Assembly (NCBI GenBank): GCA_963701085.1
Contig: OY969561.1
Coordinates: forward strand, 288,001-352,000
Origin: an uncultured bacterium
Lineage (GTDB): Bacteria; Babelota; Babeliae; Babelales; Vermiphilaceae
DNA: 64,000 nt
Direction: 5' to 3'
Shown here piece by piece: positions 9,676 through 20,583 of this stretch (within the stretch, counting starts at the first letter, position 1; every line of letters begins with the position of its first letter). The translations under genes and the position numbers were made by a program. A model generated the notes under the pieces. That model was not told where the DNA came from and searched no databases. It saw nothing but the letters and a program-made list of their open reading frames with translations.

Positions 9676-9749
9676 GGTGAATGGTGGGGCTCGAACCCAC
9701 GACATCCAGGACCACAACCTGGCGCTCTGCCAACTGAGCTACATCCACC
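9673..9749 (-). tRNA. tRNA-His(GTG) with encoded G-1
   Basis: G-GTGGATG...CCAGG-TTGTGGT-CCTGG...TTCGAGC...CATTCAC-C-CCA. Confidence 0.96.
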
Positions 9750-9903
9750 ATGTCAAGCTGTTTTTAAGTATACGGTTTTGCAGATAAAAATCAAAAAAAC
9801 CTTTCATATCCATGAGATCCCATTTGTCTAAAATGGAAATATTTGCTATTATATACTAATGATAAATAATATAGAGTAGTTTTTACTAAGTTGGAAAAAA
9901 TAT

Positions 9904-12583
9904 ATGAAAAATAACGTTAAATCCCAATTAATGGCTCATTGGATCCATGTTTTTGGGGCTCGTGAGCATAATTTAAAAAACATTGATGTCAGTATTCCTA
10001 AAAATAAGCTGGTTGTTATCACCGGCCCCTCTGGATCAGGTAAAAGCTCATTGGCGTTGGACATTCTCTTTGCGGAAGGTAAAAGGCGCTATGTAGAGTC
10101 TCTTTCTTCCTACGCACGTCAATTTTTGGGTATTTCCAAAAAGCCTGATGTTGACCGTATTGATGGCCTTTGTCCAGCAATTGCCATTGAACAAAAGACC
10201 GTTGGATCAAATCCTCGTTCCACCGTTGGTACCATTACGGAAGTATATGATTACTTTCGTATTCTTTTTGCGCGTATTGGTAAGGTTTTTTGCCCCAATT
10301 GTCGCTTAGAAATCAGGGCTGAGTCAGCTGAGGCTATTTGTCAGATGATGCATAAAGAATTTAATCATAAAACAATCTCAGTGTTGGCTCCTATTATCCA
10401 TGAGCAAAAGGGTGAATTTGTTCAGGAACTTATTCGTCTTTTTGAAAAGGGATACTATCGCATAAAAATTGATGGTGAGCGTTATAAATTTAGATCGTGC
10501 GATGAGATCAAAAGCTTAAATTTAAAAAAAAGTTATAAGCATTCCATTGATGTTATTATTGATTCCCTTGAAGTTAATAGTGATGATAGTGGGCGATTGC
10601 AAGAAGCTGTTGAAGCAGCGTTTAAGTTGGCCGGAGGCAGTTGCAAGATTACTATCGGTGAGCAAGAATATATTTATTCATCGCATCGTATGTGTATAGC
10701 ATGTTCACAATCAATTCCTGAATTAGAACCGCGCTGTTTTTCTTTTAACTCTCCTATTGGTGCTTGTAAAGGGTGCGAAGGTTTGGGAACTATTAATGAA
10801 TGGCCATGGAATGATGGTGACAAAGATTCATGGAAGGCCGAATATCCCGAATTTTTTGGTAATAAGTACGCAACGGTAAAAACATGTAAAGAATGTAACG
10901 GTAAGCGTTTGAATAAATATGCGTTGGCAGTACTTGTTGGCGGTAAAGATATTTATGAATTGAGTGAGCTTTCCATAAAACAACTTTTGCAGTTTTTTGA
11001 TTACTCTGGTGCTTAATCCGACAGAGTTGGAAATAGCTCAGGGTTTAATTCGGGAAATTAAAAGTAGACTTACCTTTATTAACGATGTTGGATTGTCATA
11101 TCTTACTTTAAATCGTACTGCACGTACGCTTTCCGGTGGAGAAGGGCAGCGTATTAGACTTGCATCGCAAATTGGTTCGGCATTAAGTGGTGTGCTTTAT
11201 ATTCTTGATGAGCCAAGTATTGGTCTGCATCAACGCGATAATGATCGCTTAATTGAAACATTAAAAAGCATTACGTGATCAAGATAATACGGTGGTTGTT
11301 GTTGAGCATGATATTGATACGATTACACAAGCTCGATTATGTCATTGATATGGGCCCTGCGGCAGGAGTGTTAGGAGGCAGAGTAACTGCTGTTGGAACG
11401 CCAACTGAATTGGGCAATAATAGTAATTCGTTAACGGGTGCATATTTAAGTGGAAAAAGATCTATTGTTGTGCCAAAGCAGTTAAGAAAACATCAAGGCA
11501 TGATGGTATTAGAGCATGCTGATAAACATAACTTACAAGATGTTACCTTACACGTGCCGCTTGGTGTGCTGTGTGGTGTATCTGGGGTATCTGGTTCTGG
11601 TAAAAGTACGCTTATTATGGATGAATTAGTTTCTGCGGTAAAACGTGAATTTTCCGGTGGATATAAGAGGGTCTATAAAAATAGTGTTGATAATTCAGTG
11701 AATTTGCAGGGTGCTGAAAGCTTACAAAGTTTGGTTGTTATTGATCAAAGTCCTATTGGCCGTACGCCACGTTCTAACCCCGCAACATATCTTGGTATTT
11801 TTGATGAAATAAGAAAACTTATTTGCAGCACTACCTGAAAGTAATGCGCGTGGATATACGGTAGGGCGTTTTAGTTTTAATGTTGCTGCAGGAAGATGTT
11901 TTGAATGTCGTGGTGATGGTGTTATAAAAGTTGAAATGCATTTCTTGCCGGAAGTTATTATGACGTGTAAAGCATGTGATGGTACGCGTTATAATAGTGA
12001 AACATTATCTATTACTTACAAAGGTAAATCTATTGCTGATGTGCTGAACATGACCGCTTATGAAGCATTATTATTTTTTGAACATCACAAAACAATCGCT
12101 AAACGTTTACAGTTATTATGTGATGTTGGTCTTGATTATCTTGCTCTTGGTCAGCCATCAACAACATTATCGGGTGGTGAAGCGCAACGTATAAAATTGG
12201 TAGATGAGTTAGCAAAGCGTGAACAGCATACGTTATATATCTTGGATGAACCGACAACGGGGTTACATAACAGTGATATTGAAAAATTACTGCAAGTTCT
12301 GAACTGTCTTGTTGATAAAAATAATTCAATGATACTGATTGAACATAATCTTGATGTGCTTAAAACGGTAGATTATCTCATTGATTTAGGTCCTGAAGGT
12401 GGTGATGGTGGTGGGCGTATTATTGCTCAGGGAACACCGGTGCAGGTTGCACAATGTGATGAAAGCTATACGGGACGGTACTTAAAGCCTTATTTTTTCA
12501 AGCCAGGATCAATTGAGAAATCTGATCCTTCGATACATTTTTTGAAGACAAAAAACACTCAGGATGAGCGGAAGAAAAAATAA
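9904..12583 (+). CDS. uvrA: Excinuclease ABC subunit A, split by about 4 single-base insertions (near 11001, 11266, 11334, 11820)
   Basis: [36 protein letters not shown] and [11 protein letters not shown] motifs spread over successive frames. Confidence 0.93.
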
Positions 12584-12645
12584 TACCAATCCCCGCTCGC
12601 CCTGAGTGTTCTACGAAGTGTAACGCAGTAGAATGTATCGAAGGG
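12526..12645. repeat. Family A doublet overlapping the uvrA 3' end
   Basis: tccttcgatacat..acactcaggatgagcgg, spacer gaagaaaaaataataccaa, then ccgctcgccctgagtg..tatcgaaggg. Confidence 0.9.
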
Positions 12646-12709
12646 TTGGGCGAACATTGAGAAAGTTATTGATTTTGTTACTCTTGAGCATAGAAAAATA
12701 AATAGTTTT

Positions 12710-13558
12710 ATGGAGTGCTTTATGAATTATTCAAAATTATTGTTATTGCCGTTAATTTTTATTTCATCGTGTACATGTGCATATGAAGCACGATTACTCA
12801 ATCAGAAAAACATTAGTCAACAAGCTGTAATTATAGAAGCAAAAGTGACACGTGATAGATATATAGTATATAGTTTAACAGCATTGAGTATTGCTCAACA
12901 AATTTATCCATTGATTGCTTTGTTTAAAAAGGGCGGTGAAAATGCTCAGGCAAATCAAGATGAAAAACTTTCTATGGTGCAATCAATAAAAGCAGCATTT
13001 AATCATCTTTTTTATACAAAAGAGGGTTGGGTTTCAATGGTACAAGCCGGAGTGAGCCTTGGTGGTAGCATTGTTATTTCCAATGTATGTAATAAATTTA
13101 TTCATCCTGATACCTTGCGTTGGTATGTTCATTCATATGCCCCATATACCGTGACGATTGCGATGATAAAAGAACAATTAGTTATGTTACAAGATGAGTC
13201 TTGTGATACGCATCAGGCAACTGATTCTCAACGTTTTTTGCATCTATTGTATGATCGTTTAGTGCGTCAAGGTGAGGCAATGTGCGCATACATGGTGTAC
13301 AAAAATAAACGTCTTGATGATGAAGAAAAAGAGATTGCGCAGCGTGCAGCACGTACATTGTTAATTGTTCAAAATCATTATTTACATGATATTTTTGCAC
13401 AGCTAAATGCTGATGACATTGATTATCAAGGTCTTGATAAAATTTTATGCATGTATGAAGAAGCTATTGATACTCAATTAAATCATTTTTCTATTATAGA
13501 AGGTGAGACTTTGGAAGATCGTCATGTTGTTAGGCAGCGGGTTAAAAGAGCAGCGTAG
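12710..13558 (+). CDS. Hypothetical exported/membrane protein
   Basis: 282-aa ORF with signal-like N-terminus (probable start 12722). Confidence 0.7.
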   Translation: MECFMNYSKLLLLPLIFISSCTCAYEARLLNQKNISQQAVIIEAKVTRDRYIVYSLTALSIAQQIYPLIALFKKGGENAQANQDEKLSMVQSIKAAFNHLFYTKEGWVSMVQAGVSLGGSIVISNVCNKFIHPDTLRWYVHSYAPYTVTIAMIKEQLVMLQDESCDTHQATDSQRFLHLLYDRLVRQGEAMCAYMVYKNKRLDDEEKEIAQRAARTLLIVQNHYLHDIFAQLNADDIDYQGLDKILCMYEEAIDTQLNHFSIIEGETLEDRHVVRQRVKRAA

Positions 13559-13576
13559 ATTGTTTCATTATAATTT

Positions 13577-13633
13577 AACGGTATACTTGAGATACGTTTA
13601 TAGAAATATAAAACACAACTCAGATATACCGTT
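13577..13633 (+). repeat. 57-bp hairpin element, copy 1
   Basis: aacggtatacttgag...ctcagatataccgtt followed by a T-tract; near-identical to 14873-14929. Confidence 0.85.
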
Positions 13634-13655
13634 TTTTAATGATGTGGGGTTTTTG

Positions 13656-14333
13656 ATGAATATAATGAAAAATATCATAGTGGTTCTTGTGATGGTGAAT
13701 GTTGTGCCATTGTTTGCAATGGAAATAGAGACATATAAAAAGTCTGAGTTTGCAATGGACGTAGAGTCGCAAAAATTTGATGATTGTTCTTCAGTAAAAA
13801 ACGTATTATTTTTTGCTCAAGCAATGCAAGAACGTGGCGTAATACCCAAAGATGTTGCTGATATTATTGTGTACAAAACTTGTTTATTCAGAAAGGATTC
13901 AATATATAAACAGTTTGATTCATTTTTTCATTTTGATAATGACAATTATGCCAAAATGATATCTGAATATAATGAGAATAAAAATTTATTTATTAATGCA
14001 GCTACTGATCTAGTGATTAAACACTTTGAGGAGATTTTTTTTATAGCTCTCCATCGAAGGTGCCGAAAATTTGATATTCTAGAGCCGCACCATTTGATTT
14101 TTCTTACTAAAAAACAAGATAAAATTTTATCGTCATTAATTGCTCGGCCAGGATGTTTTCATGATTGTAAAGGCACATATTCTTTGCAGATGACGGAAAA
14201 AGAAAATGAGAGTTATTTAATGCTTCCATCTGAATTGAGAGAATTATTAAGTATATATCCTATATTTGTGAATTATAAATCATTTTCTTGGTTGGATGAA
14301 GGTTCTGATTCTAATATGGATGTTATTTTCTAA
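13656..14333 (+). CDS. Putative secreted hypothetical protein
   Basis: Signal peptide ending ..VPLFA-ME; F-box-like VIPKDVADIIV; start approximate. Confidence 0.65.
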   Translation: MNIMKNIIVVLVMVNVVPLFAMEIETYKKSEFAMDVESQKFDDCSSVKNVLFFAQAMQERGVIPKDVADIIVYKTCLFRKDSIYKQFDSFFHFDNDNYAKMISEYNENKNLFINAATDLVIKHFEEIFFIALHRRCRKFDILEPHHLIFLTKKQDKILSSLIARPGCFHDCKGTYSLQMTEKENESYLMLPSELRELLSIYPIFVNYKSFSWLDEGSDSNMDVIF

Positions 14334-14356
14334 AATATATAAAAATTTGTTGTTAG

Positions 14357-14395
14357 ACCCCTTACGTAGAGTAAAAAGTATGTGAGGGGTTTTTT
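14357..14395 (+). terminator. Rho-independent terminator
   Basis: accccttacgta...tatgtgaggggt followed by a T-tract. Confidence 0.65.
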
Positions 14396-14463
14396 ATGGT
14401 ATTCATGCAGCTTTTGCTGTATTATGGTACTGGAATAAAATTATATTGTAGAGGAGTTGTTGG

Positions 14464-14835
14464 GTGAATAAGTTAGTTCAAATCAAAAGAATTACAGCGT
14501 TATGGTGTGTGCTTGGTATTTTGCCATTGTGTGCAATGGAAAATAAGAAAAGTAATGTGATAAGTGATGAAGATCTTTTGGCTAAAAAAAGTGCATTTGC
14601 ATTGGAACTTAAAAGGCGGAAATCACAAGAATTTGAATTTTTACATTATCCAAAAGGTTCAAATATTAAAATAGATGTGGAAGTTTTGAATAAAGAATTA
14701 GGGTTATTAGATCTATACAAGGTGATCAGTTTTGGTGATATGTTTCTCATACCTGCAGGAATGGATGAAAAATTTGTTCATAAAACATTGGTTCCTGAAC
14801 GAGTTCCTGATTTTGAAGTAGAGATGGGTCAGTAA
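14464..14835 (+). CDS. Putative secreted hypothetical protein (paralog of 14948-15267 region)
   Basis: GAGGAG RBS; signal ..LPLCA-ME; E.l.YP..ID..IP.GM motif shared with the next gene. Confidence 0.7.
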   Translation: MNKLVQIKRITALWCVLGILPLCAMENKKSNVISDEDLLAKKSAFALELKRRKSQEFEFLHYPKGSNIKIDVEVLNKELGLLDLYKVISFGDMFLIPAGMDEKFVHKTLVPERVPDFEVEMGQ

Positions 14836-14872
14836 ATACAAAAATATTATTGTAATTTTAATTTTAGAATTT

Positions 14873-14929
14873 AACGGTATACTTGAGATACGTTTATAGA
14901 AATATACAACACAACTCAGGTATACCGTT
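14873..14929 (+). repeat. 57-bp hairpin element, copy 2
   Basis: aacggtatacttgag...ctcaggtataccgtt plus T-tract directly before the RBS gagg. Confidence 0.85.
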
Positions 14930-14946
14930 TTTTTTTGAGGAATAAC

Positions 14947-15267
14947 ATGAAAAAAATGATAATAATATTAACGATGATGAGTTTTGTACCATTTTTGTGT
15001 GCGATGGAAAAAGAACAACCTTGTTACACAGAAATAATGCGACCTACGCATGTGGCTCCTCCCGGATGTGAATTGGTATGTTATCCAAACCATGTACATA
15101 TAGATGAAAAAAAATTACCAGAAGGTGCAGAGTATAAGGGTTGTAATATTGTTCAAATTCCTGTAGGAATGAGGGATAGAGAATATATGAGAAAAATTCA
15201 TCCAATAATAGTAGATCCTGAGCGATCAACAGAATTTACTGTTTTTGCTAGTAAGCATTTTGATTAG
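14947..15267 (+). CDS. Putative secreted hypothetical protein
   Basis: MKKMIIILTMMSFVPFLCA-ME signal; GAGG RBS; start approximate. Confidence 0.7.
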   Translation: MKKMIIILTMMSFVPFLCAMEKEQPCYTEIMRPTHVAPPGCELVCYPNHVHIDEKKLPEGAEYKGCNIVQIPVGMRDREYMRKIHPIIVDPERSTEFTVFASKHFD

Positions 15268-15270
15268 GTT

Positions 15271-17877
15271 ATGATTAAGAACCAAGAACATACGCCATTG
15301 ATGCAGCAGTATCATGATATCAAAATTGATTATCCTGATACGCTTCTTTTTTTTCAAGTCGGTGATTTTTACGAACTTTTTTTTGATGATGCAAAGCAAG
15401 CAGCAGCATATCTTGGCATTGCGTTAACAGCGCGTGGCAAAAGTAAAGGTGAACCAATTCCGCTATGTGGTGTGCCAATACATGCCATTGATCATTATTT
15501 ATCAAAACTCGTTAAAGGTGGCTTTAAGGTTGCACTGTGTGATCAGTTAGAAGCGCCGCAGCCTGGCTCGTTGGTAAAGCGTGGTGTAAAGCAAGTATTA
15601 ACACCGGGCACGCTGACGGATAGTAAACTGCTCGATGATCGATCAGCATCCTATCTTTTTTCATTTTATCCTGCGGGTGATTCATGGGGATTGGTTTTTA
15701 GTGAATTGCTAACCGCACAAATTTTTATCACAACAATTCCGGCCGGATCAGAAAAATTATTGGAATCAGAACTTGTTCGCTTTTTTCCTGATGAAATTTT
15801 AATCCCAAGCGCAGTGCGCACGCAGGAATTTCAGACTTATTTTAAGCGTTTGGGATATTTTACTACGGTAGTGCACAGCGAAGAATCATTAAAAGATGAT
15901 GCAACACAATGGTTGCACAAACAGTTTTCCCAATTATCGTGTACACACATTGAATCTGATGATGCGCAGCGAGAAGCGTTGTTTTATTTTTATGCCTACA
16001 TGTCAAAGCACCAACGATCATCACTTGATCAGTTTACAACGCTCTTTTTTTATAAGCCTGATGATTTTCTGATTATGGATGCGGCAACGCAGCGTAATTT
16101 GGAGTTAATTAAAAATGCACATGATGGCACGAATAAAAATACGTTGTTGAGTGTGATGGATAGAGCGAGAACCGCGATGGGTTCCCGTATGATTAAAAAA
16201 TGGTTGCTGCGGCCTCTCATTAAAAAAGAGGCGATAGTGCAGCGCCAAGATGTTATAAAGCTTTGTTATGATGATATAGCATTGGTTAATGTTCTTGAGC
16301 AGTTATTAAGTTCTACTGGTGATGTTGAACGGGTTGTAGGGCGTATAGCATTGCAACGTGCATCGTTATTGGATTACAGTGCATTATCGCGGATGTTGAT
16401 GATTATTCCGCAACTGAAGTGTAGCGTGTTACAGCGCAAAGATGTTGTATTGATGCGTGTGATTGCAGATCATTTGGGTGAATTTAAAGGGTTGTCTGAT
16501 TTGTTACGTGCAGCGTTGTCTGATGAACTATCATCAGAACTGATTATAAAGCCGGGGTTTGATGCGCAACTTGATCAGATGAGAATGCTCGTTAATAACA
16601 GCAATGAGCGCATCCTTGAACTTGAAATTGTTGAGCAAAATGCAACCGGTATTCAATCGTTGAAAATTCGTTACAACGCAATTCAGGGATATTATATAGA
16701 AGTTACGAATGCCAATTTGAGTGCAGTTCCTGAGCGGTATCACCGTTTGCAAACGCTGGTTGGCAGGGAACGTTTTATTACGCCAGAGTTGCAACAGCTA
16801 CAGTACGGCATTGAATCCGCGCGTAAAGATATTGTTAATCATGAACAAGCGTTATTTGATGGTATTAAGAAGGAAGTTGCTTTACACATTTCTGCTTTGC
16901 GTAAATCAGCGCATGCCATTGCGCATATTGATGCGTTATTATCTCTCGCGCGTTTGGCATATGATCATGGGTATGTACGACCAAGTTTGCATGATACCCG
17001 TGATATTATTATTGTAAAAGGGCGCCACCCGGTGGTTGAACAAGCGCTTTCACACAGCTTTATTCCCAATGATACAATGCTCACTGATGAACAATCTTTG
17101 TGGATTATAACGGGTCCTAATATGGGTGGTAAATCTACCTATTTGCGCCAAGTTGCGCTTATTTCTGTTATGGCACACGTTGGTTCATTTGTACCAGCAC
17201 AAAAAGCTGATATTGCGTTGTTGGACCGTATTTTTACGCGTCTTGGCGCAAGTGATAATGTTGCAGAGGGTAAAAGTACCTTTTTGGTGGAGATGGAAGA
17301 AACGGCAATGATATGCACCCAGGCCACCGAAAAAAGTTTGGTTATTTTGGATGAAGTGGGACGTGGTACGAGTACTTTTGATGGGTTAGCTATTGCCCAG
17401 GCGGTTGTTGAGTATATTTTTACCACTATTGGTGCACGATGTTTGTTTGCAACCCATTATCATGAATTAACCTATTTGCAGCAGACATACCCTGGCATTG
17501 CGGTCTATCAGGCGGCAAGTAAAAAAACAGATTACGGGATAGTGTTTTTGTACACAATAATGCGTGGTATTGCTGATGGCAGCTTTGGTATTGAGGTGGC
17601 AAAACTTGCTCAATTGCCTGCCAAGGTTATTGCCCGTTCAACTGCATTGGTTGAATCTTTTGCGCAGGGGGGCATGATGCAGGTTGTTCCAGCGGTTATC
17701 TTGCAAGAAATTCCCTCCCCCTTAGTTGAAATGATGGCTCTAAAAGCGGAGAATAAGAAGCTGATTGCCGAGCGGGATAAGGCCATAAAAATGATGAATC
17801 TCCTCCAGGAGCTCGATTTTGACACGTTGTCACCAAAAAAGGCGTTCGATTTGCTGTGGGAATGTAAAAAAAATTGA
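15271..17877 (+). CDS. mutS: DNA mismatch repair protein MutS
   Basis: TPLMQQY, GDFYELFF, TGPNMGGKSTY, STFLVEM, DEVGRGT and FATHYHEL motifs. Confidence 0.98.
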   Translation: MIKNQEHTPLMQQYHDIKIDYPDTLLFFQVGDFYELFFDDAKQAAAYLGIALTARGKSKGEPIPLCGVPIHAIDHYLSKLVKGGFKVALCDQLEAPQPGSLVKRGVKQVLTPGTLTDSKLLDDRSASYLFSFYPAGDSWGLVFSELLTAQIFITTIPAGSEKLLESELVRFFPDEILIPSAVRTQEFQTYFKRLGYFTTVVHSEESLKDDATQWLHKQFSQLSCTHIESDDAQREALFYFYAYMSKHQRSSLDQFTTLFFYKPDDFLIMDAATQRNLELIKNAHDGTNKNTLLSVMDRARTAMGSRMIKKWLLRPLIKKEAIVQRQDVIKLCYDDIALVNVLEQLLSSTGDVERVVGRIALQRASLLDYSALSRMLMIIPQLKCSVLQRKDVVLMRVIADHLGEFKGLSDLLRAALSDELSSELIIKPGFDAQLDQMRMLVNNSNERILELEIVEQNATGIQSLKIRYNAIQGYYIEVTNANLSAVPERYHRLQTLVGRERFITPELQQLQYGIESARKDIVNHEQALFDGIKKEVALHISALRKSAHAIAHIDALLSLARLAYDHGYVRPSLHDTRDIIIVKGRHPVVEQALSHSFIPNDTMLTDEQSLWIITGPNMGGKSTYLRQVALISVMAHVGSFVPAQKADIALLDRIFTRLGASDNVAEGKSTFLVEMEETAMICTQATEKSLVILDEVGRGTSTFDGLAIAQAVVEYIFTTIGARCLFATHYHELTYLQQTYPGIAVYQAASKKTDYGIVFLYTIMRGIADGSFGIEVAKLAQLPAKVIARSTALVESFAQGGMMQVVPAVILQEIPSPLVEMMALKAENKKLIAERDKAIKMMNLLQELDFDTLSPKKAFDLLWECKKN

Positions 17878-17905
17878 TTGTTGTTATTCTCTTAATTTTT
17901 ATCCC

Positions 17906-18029
17906 GCGCTCGCCCTGAACTTGTTGAAGGGTATCCTGGAGCGCTCAAAGATATCCTTTATTCCCCAATTTCCACTTCGTTCCAATCGGGGTCCCCATCG
18001 AAAGAATGAAGATGGGGTTAAACGAGCGC
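17906..18029. repeat. Composite family A element (~124 bp)
   Basis: gcgctcgccctgaacttgttgaaggg...gagcgctc...ccccaatt..cgggg-t-ccccatc..gatgggg-ttaaacgagcgc; matches 20584 (inverted) and 34461. Confidence 0.92.
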
Positions 18030-18157
18030 AAAAGAGACAAAATTTAATAAACGGGGTGTATATTTCGCTGGACGATAGGGGCTTTTTTTGATATAGTGGG
18101 TATAAGAAATTTTTAGTTTCCAGTTCGGAAATATGTCAATTTGTAGGGAAAAATCTG

Positions 18158-18490
18158 ATGGTACATCAAGAAAAATACGATAAATACGCGATATTCGCAA
18201 ATGGCGGTAAGCAATATCAAGCAATTGAAGGTCTTACTGTTGCTATTGAAAAAATAGAAGGCGAAACAGGCGACAAGTTTGAAATTAACACTGTTTTATT
18301 CCGTAAATTAGCTGACGGCCAGTTTGAAATTGGTCAACCGCATGTCGATGGAAAAATCAGTGCGACAATCGTCAAGCAAACCAAAGATCCTAAAGTGATC
18401 GTGTTCAAATTTAAAAGACGTAAAAAAGTTCGCGTCAAAAATGGACATCGTCAACCAAAAACGATTATCAGAATTGATTCAATCGCGTAA
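18158..18490 (+). CDS. rplU: 50S ribosomal protein L21
   Basis: YAIFANGGKQY and KVIVFKFKRRK..GHRQ motifs. Confidence 0.96.
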   Translation: MVHQEKYDKYAIFANGGKQYQAIEGLTVAIEKIEGETGDKFEINTVLFRKLADGQFEIGQPHVDGKISATIVKQTKDPKVIVFKFKRRKKVRVKNGHRQPKTIIRIDSIA

Positions 18491-18515
18491 TATGCATGAT
18501 TGAGTTGAAGAATTT

Positions 18516-18545
18516 AAGAGACCTTAAACCGGTCTCTTTTTTTTG
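18516..18545 (+). terminator. Rho-independent terminator after rplU
   Basis: aagagacc-ttaaacc-ggtctctt followed by a T-tract. Confidence 0.75.
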
Positions 18546-18710
18546 TTTTAATTTCTTTACTAAGAAAAGATAGCACCGTAACTTTTCTTAGTGAGATTTG
18601 CTAAAAAAAGTTAAGAGGCCTTTAATCGGGCCTTTTTTTTATGCCAAAATGTTTGTTCTGTATTATGCTGTGGGTGAAGTTTTATCACAGCACTAAGAAG
18701 GAGTAGATTT

Positions 18711-20552
18711 TTGATGAACAAAACATGGTGTATGCAATTGATAATTATGGTGGTAGTAGTGATGCCAATCATATGTATGGAAAAAGGACGTGTGGTGAAA
18801 TTTTTTGGAGATATTCACGATGTTCCTATTAAAGAATCTAATTTGCAATTAATGAAAGCGTGGAATAATCACTATAAAAATCATAAAAATGTTGTTGATA
18901 AAGGTGGTACTATTCCAATGTTTGCGAATGTATCTGCACGAGCATTGTGGTTAGTTAATAATGCACTCAATGTGCGGCCGGATCAGTTTGCAGATTATTA
19001 TAATCGCTTGCCATCAGATAATCGCACTTGTCTTATAAAAGTATCAGGACAGTATAATGATGCTGGTAAAAAGGTAATGTTGGATATTCCTGAGATTACC
19101 AAGCGGTTAATTGATGTCTGTTTTGAAGCTAAAGATGTATGTAATCATATAAAAAGCTATCTTAGAAATGAGGATGAAGATTATGTGCGTAACTTTTTTA
19201 AAGAGCAACTGATTAATAGCAAACGGTTATTGAGTTTAAAGCAACCGACGTTTAATGGAACTATACGTGATAGGTTATGTGAAAATATTTATTTAGGATC
19301 AGTTTTTTTGGATGCCGGTCATACTATTCATCCGTACGATTATTCTGTCTCCTTGCACACGGGAGATAAAGTGCGGAAAACATATGCAATTTGTTTTGGT
19401 ATTGATAATTATGAATATCGCATTACTGATGTACGCGATAATCAGTGTCTTTTGTGGGTTATTAATCACAATAATCCAGATGCTACATTTTCCACGCTTA
19501 TTAAACATAAGGAAAATATTAAAGGATGTTGCTTTAGTAGCACAAAAACTGATGTTGAAGGTGTGCTGACATATTCCGATTTTGGTATGGTCTTTTCAAC
19601 AATAACTACGCAAAATGGATTGTCATGTGTTGAATCTATTTCTGTTAAGAGTCCTCATCAGATTGTTGATGCTTGTTTTTCTCCTGTTATTGGGAGTGAT
19701 TTTGGGAATGATTGGATGGTGGGATCATATGAAGGTCTTGAGTCCGTAACAAGACGTTGGAGCATGCAGGGTGAATTTAAAAGAAAGGGTCATTCTTTGC
19801 CATTCAAGCACTATGGATTATTGGAAAAAATGGCTATTTATCAGACAGGTTCTGATTATTGTTTGGCAGAAATATATGGTGTTGCTAATTTATATTCAAC
19901 AATGATAAGCAAACCATTAAGTAATGGGCTTTATCAACTGGTTGAAAGCACTCCATTAGAGTCTGTAGGTGATCATAATTTAACTTATTATACAAAAATT
20001 ATTAAAGTAGGGGATTCGATTGCTATGTATAATTTGAATTATCCTTTTTTTGGAGAAAAAGATGAAGGTAATTTTTGGTCTCAGCCAGAGAATAAGGTGC
20101 ATAGGGTCTATAGTCCAGAAGGTTCATTTTTGATGAGTAATTCACTTAAGAAAAAATTGGGTATTCTGTATGTTGAAACGGTGATACAAGATGCGGTTAC
20201 TCATAAGCAGATACTTTCCATTGATAGTTTATATGCAGGTTTTTCGGGAGTTGGTTTTACGCATGATGAAACAGAGCTTATTTTTTTGAATGCCGTAGGA
20301 CCACATTATAAAGTGTCTTTGTTGAATTATGAAGATAAACAAGTGCTCTCTCAGATTGAGGATATAGCATGTGCACATCTTGGCGTGGCATCACTGGTAA
20401 AGCGATTATGCATGGAGTGCAGGAAAAAAGGGTCTTTATCATTACGTGAAGATGATTCCACGTATACAATGTTAATAGATTGGTCGCGTAAATCTCCTGC
20501 TCTGTTGGAATTGCTTAAGAAATGCTTGCCAATCACAAAAATAAAAAAGTGA
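18711..20552 (+). CDS. Putative secreted beta-propeller (WD40-like) protein
   Basis: AGGAG RBS; signal ..PIIC-ME; H...I..CCFS, ACFSP, YSPEGS and GFTHDE repeats. Confidence 0.65.
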   Translation: MMNKTWCMQLIIMVVVVMPIICMEKGRVVKFFGDIHDVPIKESNLQLMKAWNNHYKNHKNVVDKGGTIPMFANVSARALWLVNNALNVRPDQFADYYNRLPSDNRTCLIKVSGQYNDAGKKVMLDIPEITKRLIDVCFEAKDVCNHIKSYLRNEDEDYVRNFFKEQLINSKRLLSLKQPTFNGTIRDRLCENIYLGSVFLDAGHTIHPYDYSVSLHTGDKVRKTYAICFGIDNYEYRITDVRDNQCLLWVINHNNPDATFSTLIKHKENIKGCCFSSTKTDVEGVLTYSDFGMVFSTITTQNGLSCVESISVKSPHQIVDACFSPVIGSDFGNDWMVGSYEGLESVTRRWSMQGEFKRKGHSLPFKHYGLLEKMAIYQTGSDYCLAEIYGVANLYSTMISKPLSNGLYQLVESTPLESVGDHNLTYYTKIIKVGDSIAMYNLNYPFFGEKDEGNFWSQPENKVHRVYSPEGSFLMSNSLKKKLGILYVETVIQDAVTHKQILSIDSLYAGFSGVGFTHDETELIFLNAVGPHYKVSLLNYEDKQVLSQIEDIACAHLGVASLVKRLCMECRKKGSLSLREDDSTYTMLIDWSRKSPALLELLKKCLPITKIKK

Positions 20553-20583
20553 ATAATACATTAATAAAGATATACGATTTATA

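Noticed and set aside
9904-12583. Programmed frameshifting or a naturally split uvrA
   Set aside because: Four +1 indels without consistent slippery sites or stimulatory structures fit sequencing error better.
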